Origin: Thermoanaerobaculia bacterium
GTDB lineage: Bacteria; Acidobacteriota; Thermoanaerobaculia; Multivoradales; UBA5704
Length of the DNA stretch: 64,000 nt
Direction: 5' to 3'
Assembly: GCA_044226625.1 (NCBI GenBank)
Contig: JBGAGQ010000001.1
Location: 32,001 to 96,000 of the forward strand
Below the pieces are notes generated by a model. It had not been told where the DNA came from. It saw only the letters and a program-made list of their open reading frames with translations, and did not search any database. A program made the position numbers and the translations under genes. This document shows, piece by piece, positions 58,045-64,000 of this stretch (the first letter of the stretch is position 1; each line of letters starts with the position of its first letter).

Positions 58045-58857
58045 ATGTCCAAGACTCCAGGCTCCGACCTGCGCATCCGGCTCGACGACGTGTCGCTCTG
58101 CTACCGGCTCGCCAAGCAGCGCATCCCGTCGTTCAAGGACTACGCGATCCACCTGATGAAGGGCGCCCTCTCCTACGAGAAGCTCTGGGCGCTCTCCGGC
58201 GTGAGCTTCTCGGTGCGCGACGGCGAGACGGTCGGCATCATCGGCCGAAACGGCGCGGGCAAGAGCACCCTGCTCAAGGTGATCTCCGGCGTGCTCAAGC
58301 CGAGCGCCGGCCGCCGGGAGGTCGACGGCCTCGTGGTGCCGATTCTCGAGCTCGGTACCGGCTTCGACCACGAGCTTTCCGGACTCGAAAACATCTACCT
58401 GAACGCCCTGCTGCTCGGGCGCAAGCGGCGCGAGATCGACCTCGCGCTCGACCGGATCATCGAGTTTTCCGGACTCGGCGATTTCGTTCGGGCGCCGATC
58501 CGCAACTATTCCTCCGGGATGGTCGCGCGGCTCGGATTCTCGATCGCGACCGCCTGGCTGCCCGACGTGCTCATCCTCGACGAGGTGCTCTCGGTGGGCG
58601 ACGCCGCGTTCACCCGCCGTTGCGAAGACCGAATTGCCGAGTTTCACGACGCGGGAACGACGATCCTGCTCGTCTCGCACAGCGAGGCGGCGATCCGCCG
58701 CAGCTGCGGCCGCTGTCTCTGGCTCGATGCCGGCCGCCTGCGCGGCGACGGACCGACCGACGAGGTCCTCGCCTCCTACTCCGGCGACTCCCAGGGAACC
58801 GAGCCGGCGGCGCGCGAGGTCGGCCAGCTCCACCCCGAGGAGCTGCCGCGCGGGTAG
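58045..58857 (+). CDS. wzt: Polysaccharide ABC exporter ATPase (Wzt-like)
   Basis: 'GRNGAGKST', 'YSSGMVARL.FS', 'DEVLSVGD'. Confidence 0.92.
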   Translation: MSKTPGSDLRIRLDDVSLCYRLAKQRIPSFKDYAIHLMKGALSYEKLWALSGVSFSVRDGETVGIIGRNGAGKSTLLKVISGVLKPSAGRREVDGLVVPILELGTGFDHELSGLENIYLNALLLGRKRREIDLALDRIIEFSGLGDFVRAPIRNYSSGMVARLGFSIATAWLPDVLILDEVLSVGDAAFTRRCEDRIAEFHDAGTTILLVSHSEAAIRRSCGRCLWLDAGRLRGDGPTDEVLASYSGDSQGTEPAAREVGQLHPEELPRG

Positions 58858-58885
58858 GATCCTCGTCCAGCTCAGGAGGAAACCC

Positions 58886-59281
58886 ATGCCCCCCGAACGA
58901 ATCAACGTCCCCGGCCTCGGCCGGCTCCCGGCGTTCTGCCACGCGGTGATCGCGGGCGATCTGATTTACGTCTCCGGCACCCTCGGTACCGTCGGCGACA
59001 CCTTCGATCTCGTCCCGGGAGGAACGGGACCCGAGACCGAGCAGGCCCTGCGCAACGTCGAGCGAATCCTCGCCGCCTGCGGCGCGACGTTCGCCGACCT
59101 GGTGAAGGTGAACGTCTACCTCCATGACATCGGCACCTTCGCCGAGATGAATGCCGCCTATCTCGCCCTCGTCGCCGGACCCGGCGGCGAGCCCCCCGCG
59201 CGGATCACCGTCGGCGGCGCCGTCCTCGCCCTCGGCGCCGCGGTCGAGATCGACGCCGTCGCCTTGAAGCCCAACCGTTGA
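58886..59281 (+). CDS. RidA/YjgF family protein
   Basis: AGGAGG RBS; 'IYVSG', 'KVNVYL', 'PPARITV..VEIDAVA'. Confidence 0.9.
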   Translation: MPPERINVPGLGRLPAFCHAVIAGDLIYVSGTLGTVGDTFDLVPGGTGPETEQALRNVERILAACGATFADLVKVNVYLHDIGTFAEMNAAYLALVAGPGGEPPARITVGGAVLALGAAVEIDAVALKPNR

Positions 59282-59292
59282 GGAGGCCTCGC

Positions 59293-59877
59293 ATGCGCAA
59301 CCGGTCGCTCCCCTCGCTTCGCTCCCTCCGACCCACGCTCCCGCTCCTCGCCCTGACCCTTGCGGGCGCTTTGTTACCGTTCTCCGCAACGTCCCAGGCT
59401 GCGACGGCCAAGGGGACCACCACGTTCGTTCTCGTCCGCCATGCCGAGAAAGCGACCGACCATCCCACGGATCCCACCCTCTCCTCCGCGGGCGCGGAGC
59501 GGGCCCGGGATCTCGCCCGGGTGCTCGACGGAGCGGGGCTCTCGGCGGTCTACGTCACCGAGTACAAGCGCACGAGCCTCACGGCCGAGCCGACGGCCCA
59601 GCACTTCGACCTCACGCCCGTGTCGCGGCCGCGCGCCCAGATGACCCCCGAGGCCTACGCCGCCGACCTGGCGCCGAAGCTGGTGAAGAAGCACGCCGGC
59701 CAGGCCGTGCTGATCGTCGGCCACAGCGACACCGTGCCCGCGCTGGTGAAAGCCCTCACCGGCCAGACCGTGCCACCGATCGCCGAGACCGAGTTCGACC
59801 GGCTCTACCTCGTCGAGGTGCCGAAGACCGGCGCCGCGCGCGTGATCGCCGCGCGTTACGGCAAACCGGCCCCCTGA
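59293..59877 (+). CDS. Exported histidine phosphatase superfamily protein
   Basis: Signal peptide; 'LVRHAEK', 'G.ERA', 'VGHSDT'. Confidence 0.85.
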   Translation: MRNRSLPSLRSLRPTLPLLALTLAGALLPFSATSQAATAKGTTTFVLVRHAEKATDHPTDPTLSSAGAERARDLARVLDGAGLSAVYVTEYKRTSLTAEPTAQHFDLTPVSRPRAQMTPEAYAADLAPKLVKKHAGQAVLIVGHSDTVPALVKALTGQTVPPIAETEFDRLYLVEVPKTGAARVIAARYGKPAP

Positions 59878-59982
59878 GGCCGGGACGGGCAGGCCAACGT
59901 TAGACGCCCGAGCTTCGTAACGCCGGGCCCCTTCGGGGATCGTTCTCCTAGGAGCGACGGCCGCACGCCGCGCCCGGGACCC

Positions 59983-60495
59983 ATGATCGACTTCTCGAGC
60001 CTGTTCCAGACCTACGCCCCCGACCTGCACCGGTTCGCCCTCTACCTCTCGGGCAACCCCGCGCTCGCGGACGACCTCGTGTCGGAGACCTTCGTCCGGC
60101 TCTGGAATGCGCAGAAGCGGGTCGACCTCGCGACCGTGCGCGGCTACCTGTTCGCCATCCTCCGCAACCTCTATCTCCAGGACCTCCGGCGCTCCTCCCG
60201 CGCGACCGAGCTCGACGACAGCGCCCACGATCCGGCCCCCGGGCCCGACCGGCAGGCCGAGAGTCGCGCCGAGCTCGACGCGGTTCTCGCGGCGCTCCAG
60301 GAGCTTCCGGAGGTCGACCGCTCCGCCCTGCTCCTGCGCGCCCAAGGGAACATGCCCTACGAAGAGATCGGCGCCGCCCTCGGCCTCGCGCCCGCTTCCG
60401 TCCGCGTGCGCGTCCACCGCGCCCGCCTCAAGCTCGCCACGGCCCGACGGGAGGGGCGCCTCCACTCCTCCACGAGAAAGGAACGAACGTCATGA
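59983..60495 (+). CDS. ECF sigma factor
   Basis: 'ADDLVSETFVRLW', 'YEEIG..LG...SVRVRVHRAR'. Confidence 0.9.
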   Translation: MIDFSSLFQTYAPDLHRFALYLSGNPALADDLVSETFVRLWNAQKRVDLATVRGYLFAILRNLYLQDLRRSSRATELDDSAHDPAPGPDRQAESRAELDAVLAALQELPEVDRSALLLRAQGNMPYEEIGAALGLAPASVRVRVHRARLKLATARREGRLHSSTRKERTS

Positions 60496-60911
60496 ACGTC
60501 ACCCGCGACGTGGTGAAAGACCTGCTCACCGTCTACCTCGCCGGAGAGGCGAGCGCCGACACCCGCGCCCTGGTCGAGGAATACCTCCAAACCGACTCCG
60601 ACCTCGCGGCCGACGTCGCCGCCGCCCGCTTCGAAGCCCTCCCCCTTCCCGACGCCTCGCTCCTGCCAACCGACGCTGAGAAGGAAGCGCTCGAGAAGAC
60701 CCGCCAGATGCTCAAGTCGCGCACCTCGACGCTCGTCGTGGCGACCCTCTTCTCCGTCCTGCCGCTGAGCTTCGTCTTCCACGGATCGAAAATCACCTTC
60801 CTCTTGATCCGCGACGCCCCGGTCGTCGGCCTCGCCTGGTGGGCGACGGCCGCGGTGATGTGGGCCTGGCACATCGCGGTGCGGCGGCGGCTCAAGGTTT
60901 CGGGGCTGTAG
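60492..60911 (+). CDS. Two-TM anti-sigma factor (degenerate zf-HC2)
   Basis: ATGA overlap; 'VVKDLL..Y..GE.S..TR.LVEEYL'; two C-terminal TMs. Confidence 0.8.
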   Translation: MNVTRDVVKDLLTVYLAGEASADTRALVEEYLQTDSDLAADVAAARFEALPLPDASLLPTDAEKEALEKTRQMLKSRTSTLVVATLFSVLPLSFVFHGSKITFLLIRDAPVVGLAWWATAAVMWAWHIAVRRRLKVSGL

Positions 60912-60986
60912 ACGAGCGCCCGACTCGATCCGGGGCGATAGACTCCGCTCCTCCAAGTCTTGAAGCGACCGGCAGCGAGGCGACCG

Positions 60987-61553
60987 ATGGACGCTCCCAA
61001 CTTTCGCGTGACGATCCACATGGTGGCGAGCCTCGACGGCTTCGTCGCCCGCAGGGACGGCAGCACCGATTGGCTCGAAACCGCCGACGAATTCGCCGAC
61101 GGCGAAACGCTCGACCCCGAATTCGTGGAGTCCTTCCTCCGCTCGATCGACTGCTACGTCATGGGCTCGCGGACCTACGAGACCGCCTTGGGCTTCGAAG
61201 CGAAGGGGTACGGCTGGGCCTACGGCGACAAGCCCGTCTTCGTCCTCACCCACCGCGACCTGCCGCGGACCCGTGAGACCATCGAATTTCACGCCGGCGA
61301 TCTCGCCTCGTTCGTCAACGACCGCCTCCGCCTCGCCTACCGCTCCGTCTGGTTCGTCGGCGGAGGAGCCCTCTCCGCCGACTGTCTCCGCTCCGGCCTC
61401 GCCGACGAAGTCCGCTACTCGATCGTGCCGATCCTGATCGGCGACGGAATCCCCTTCTTCGACCGCCTCAACCGGGACGTCCCCCTCCACCTCGCCGAAG
61501 TCAAAGCCTACAAAAGCGGCATGGTCGGGCTGCGGTATGAGGTCCGGCGGTAG
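60987..61553 (+). CDS. RibD C-terminal/DHFR-like protein
   Basis: 'SLDGFVA', 'MGSRTY', 'VGGG', 'PILIGDG'. Confidence 0.88.
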   Translation: MDAPNFRVTIHMVASLDGFVARRDGSTDWLETADEFADGETLDPEFVESFLRSIDCYVMGSRTYETALGFEAKGYGWAYGDKPVFVLTHRDLPRTRETIEFHAGDLASFVNDRLRLAYRSVWFVGGGALSADCLRSGLADEVRYSIVPILIGDGIPFFDRLNRDVPLHLAEVKAYKSGMVGLRYEVRR

Positions 61554-61796
61554 GAAGCAAGGGTCAGATCAAAAAAAGCAGGGCGACGATAGGGGCTTCC
61601 CGCGCGTTTGCCGCGGGTGACTGTATGGGATCAAGCGACGCTCAGGCTCCCAGGCACGGCGCCGTGTCGACTCCTTCTCTGCTTCTATCGCATATACTCT
61701 GCGGGTCGCCCCACCTATCCAGCATCAACCCGTCGCCGCAGATCCCTGCGCTGGCGTTCGCAGGAGTTTTTATCTCCAACCCCGGGGAGAAAGCGC

Positions 61797-62546
61797 TTGA
61801 AATTAAAAGATATAGGAGGCCACATCGTATCGGGCGTGATCGGAACGGCGATCGGCTACTTCATCACGCAAATTACATCGAAAGACATCGGGCAGGTCGT
61901 GGCTGCACTTTGCCTGACCTTGGTCATCGGTCTGATCGCGCTCGCCGCCGGGAAGGGAGCCTCGCAAACCACCGAGATGCTGAACATGATGCGAAGTCAG
62001 GCTCCGCAGATCGCAATCTATTGGTCGACCTCCTTGGAGCGAGCCGAGATTTACGAGGCATCCTTCAAACTGATCAATGAGGCGAAAGAAAGCATCAGGA
62101 TCGTGAGCTTCCACCGGAGTGAATACATTCGTTCTTCTTCCCGGGATTCCTACTTCGACCGCCTCGAAGAGATCCTGCAACAGAAACAAGCCAGAAATCA
62201 GAGATTCTTGTACCAGAGAATTTTCCAGGTTCCGGACGAAACCTCGGAGCCTTCGGAATCGCTGCTGGGAAAGCGCGAGTTTTCACACTACGAGAAATTG
62301 AAGGCCCTGAGCGTCAAAGGATTCCGCGCTCCGACCAAGATCCGCTTCTCGATCAGCAGCGCCAAGGTCAACACGTCCATGATCGTCGTAGACGGACGTG
62401 CGGCATTGATCGGCATTCTCCAAGCGACCGAAAGCGGGCTGATTCTTTCCATGGCCATCGAGATCTCGGACCAGACCGGACGATTGATCGAGCCGTTCAC
62501 CGAGCTTCTTGACTCGATCGAGAGAGAAGCCAGAGCGCTTCCTTGA
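61797..62546 (+). CDS. Orphan 2TM protein with possible PLD/TrmB-like C-terminal fold
   Basis: TTG after GGGGAGA; two hydrophobic segments; 'LINEAKESIRI..YQRIF..SMIVVDG'; lower GC than flanks. Confidence 0.55.
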   Translation: MKLKDIGGHIVSGVIGTAIGYFITQITSKDIGQVVAALCLTLVIGLIALAAGKGASQTTEMLNMMRSQAPQIAIYWSTSLERAEIYEASFKLINEAKESIRIVSFHRSEYIRSSSRDSYFDRLEEILQQKQARNQRFLYQRIFQVPDETSEPSESLLGKREFSHYEKLKALSVKGFRAPTKIRFSISSAKVNTSMIVVDGRAALIGILQATESGLILSMAIEISDQTGRLIEPFTELLDSIEREARALP

Positions 62547-62804
62547 GCGAGACAAGCGATCGCTCCTCAGCGGGCGATCCCCCGGCGCAACGGCGAGGAC
62601 TCTCGGATCCCAACAAGCGCAGGTTCGAGAAATCGAGGGGACGGGCCGAGCTCTAAGGCCATCCCGATCGATGAATTAAACGCTGTCAAGAATCCTTCCA
62701 CGAAAGCGAATGCCCTTTGTGCGAGGGATTCACCCTCGCGGCTTCGCGAGCGATGTAGCGGCTTCTAGAGCCGGCTCCACGCTGGAACGCAAGGAAGGAA
62801 TCGT

Positions 62805-63074
62805 ATGGCTATCGCCGGCCGGAATCTCACCCTTCATCAGATCGAGAGCGAGCTCAACGAGCGCCTCGATCGCACGTTGGCAGAACCCTCGTCGATTTCA
62901 CCCGCCGAGATCCAGGAAAGGGTCCAACGAGCGGCTCGGGATCTGGGGCTGGATGCCGAGACAAGAGTCGAATTTCGCTTCGAACGGAGCACTTCGACGA
63001 GTGGCGGTGAAGTCGCACGTCAGGCGCCCAAGACGGTCGTCGTCGTGGTCGTCGTGGTCGTCGTCGTAAGGTAG
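62805..63074 (+). CDS. 89-aa protein with C-terminal Val11-Arg
   Basis: AAGGAAGGA RBS, ATG start, downstream terminator; Val codons are mixed (GTC/GTG/GTA). Confidence 0.7.
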   Translation: MAIAGRNLTLHQIESELNERLDRTLAEPSSISPAEIQERVQRAARDLGLDAETRVEFRFERSTSTSGGEVARQAPKTVVVVVVVVVVVR

Positions 63075-63087
63075 GAGGAGCTCGTGC

Positions 63088-63119
63088 GAGGGCCTCGGCG
63101 TCGGCCGAGCGCCCTCTTT
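63088..63119 (+). terminator. Probable intrinsic terminator
   Basis: GAGGGC-CTCGGC-GTCG-GCCGAG-C-GCCCTC followed by TTT. Confidence 0.55.
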
Positions 63120-63399
63120 CAGAAGCGCTCGAGCGGAACCACCCGATGGACTCAATTCGCGGAGCTCGGCCCTCGCCGCCCCAGTCGATCGACGCCGTCG
63201 CCTACAAACCGGCTCGCTGACGCTTCAATCGAGCCCACTCGAGGTCCTCAGGATCCGGCTCCGTGGGGGACACGATCGGCAAAGGTTCGAGGCGGATCCG
63301 TTCCTCCTCCCACCTGCCGAACCGTCAAGACTCAACCGACCCCGGCAAAGCAACTTTCCGAGCTCGAAAACCGTCCCCGAAGGCGCATTTCCGTAGGAA

Positions 63400-63505
63400 G
63401 ATCCTGGAAGTCGCTTCTCAGCATGGGAAATCGCCTCCCGGGTCGGCGAGCCTCTTCCTGTGGCAAGAGGGCGCTTCCTGGGCTGGGAAGTCACTTCCTG
63501 GGCTC
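63400..63505. repeat. Second, more degenerate array of the 20-bp GGAAG-TCR-CTTCC unit
   Basis: About five units at 20-nt period, including GCTGGGAAGTCACTTCCTGG. Confidence 0.8.
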
Positions 63506-63610
63506 GCACCACCCCGACGAGTCGCGGAAGCCCCTTGCGGTGGCGCTACGCCGCGATCTAGGCCCGCCCGAGCCTCCCAGGATCGTCCCACGGACCCGGC
63601 GTCCCCATTT

Positions 63611-63952
63611 TCAGGCCCGCGGGTCGAATCCGAAGACGCGTAGCTCCTGCTCGCATCGGCAGGCTTTCGCAATCCGCGCCGCCCAGGCGACGGCTTCTGC
63701 GCGCGAGTGCAGCTCGAACACGGCAAAGCCGCCGTTGAGCGGCGGCGCCCAGGGGTACCCCCCCTCGGCGACCGAACCGTCGCCGGAGACGAGCACGGGC
63801 GGCACGGCTTCGTCGATTCCGCCGGCGAAGACGTAGACGCCCGCAGCCTTCGCCTCTTCGACCACGGCGGCCGCATCGTTCCCCACCGATTCCAACTCGC
63901 CTTCGGGAACGACCATTGCCGCGCTGGGGAAGGAGATCAGGTATTTGGCCAT
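63611..63952 (-). CDS. YCII/DGPF family protein
   Basis: 'MAKYLISF', 'AGVYVFAGG', 'GGF.V.E..SRAEA..WA..IA..C...QELR'. Confidence 0.85.
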   Translation of the reverse strand: MAKYLISFPSAAMVVPEGELESVGNDAAAVVEEAKAAGVYVFAGGIDEAVPPVLVSGDGSVAEGGYPWAPPLNGGFAVFELHSRAEAVAWAARIAKACRCEQELRVFGFDPRA

Positions 63953-64000
63953 GGTGTGCCTTTAGGGAGGTTGGTTGGACGATGCCTCGATGGGCCTGCA

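Noticed and set aside
59917-59944. Autoregulatory ECF promoter GTAAC...CGTT
   Set aside because: Spacer is 19 nt, longer than typical, and there is no second instance to support it.

Overview
GC-rich bacterial window; gene content resembles Acidobacteriota/Thermoanaerobaculia (inference). The housekeeping backbone (recG partial, cNMP-FHA protein, LD-carboxypeptidase, RNase P RNA, aminotransferase, ACE-like M2 peptidase, yebC, partial aryl-polyene-like FAS/PKS operon, S8 protease, wzm/wzt glycan locus, second ECF pair) is interrupted by three accessory regions. (1) 7.6-14.1 kb, a defence islet: large N6-adenine MTase coupled to a PD-(D/E)XK protein, a TM + pYEATS pair, and an AAA ATPase followed by an internally deleted DUF4276-like gene and a 60-bp type I hsdR relic. 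(2) 24.2-48.5 kb, the main find: a CRISPR-independent clan-CD protease island with five TPR-CHAT proteases, one caspase-like protease, an ECF sigma/anti-sigma pair, a membrane Ser/Thr kinase, an FHA-ABC exporter and a CsgG-like protein. All six His/Cys dyads are intact, most proteases have N-terminal export-like signals, several members carry a positionally comparable Arg-Gly motif, and four transcription units share a CCACC-N14-GTGTC-type putative promoter (two exact, two variant). (3) 61.6-63.6 kb, an islet with a 2TM orphan and a small gene ending in 11 valines. A 20-bp-period palindromic tandem repeat borders islets 1 and 3. All calls come from motif reading by eye; no database searches were run.
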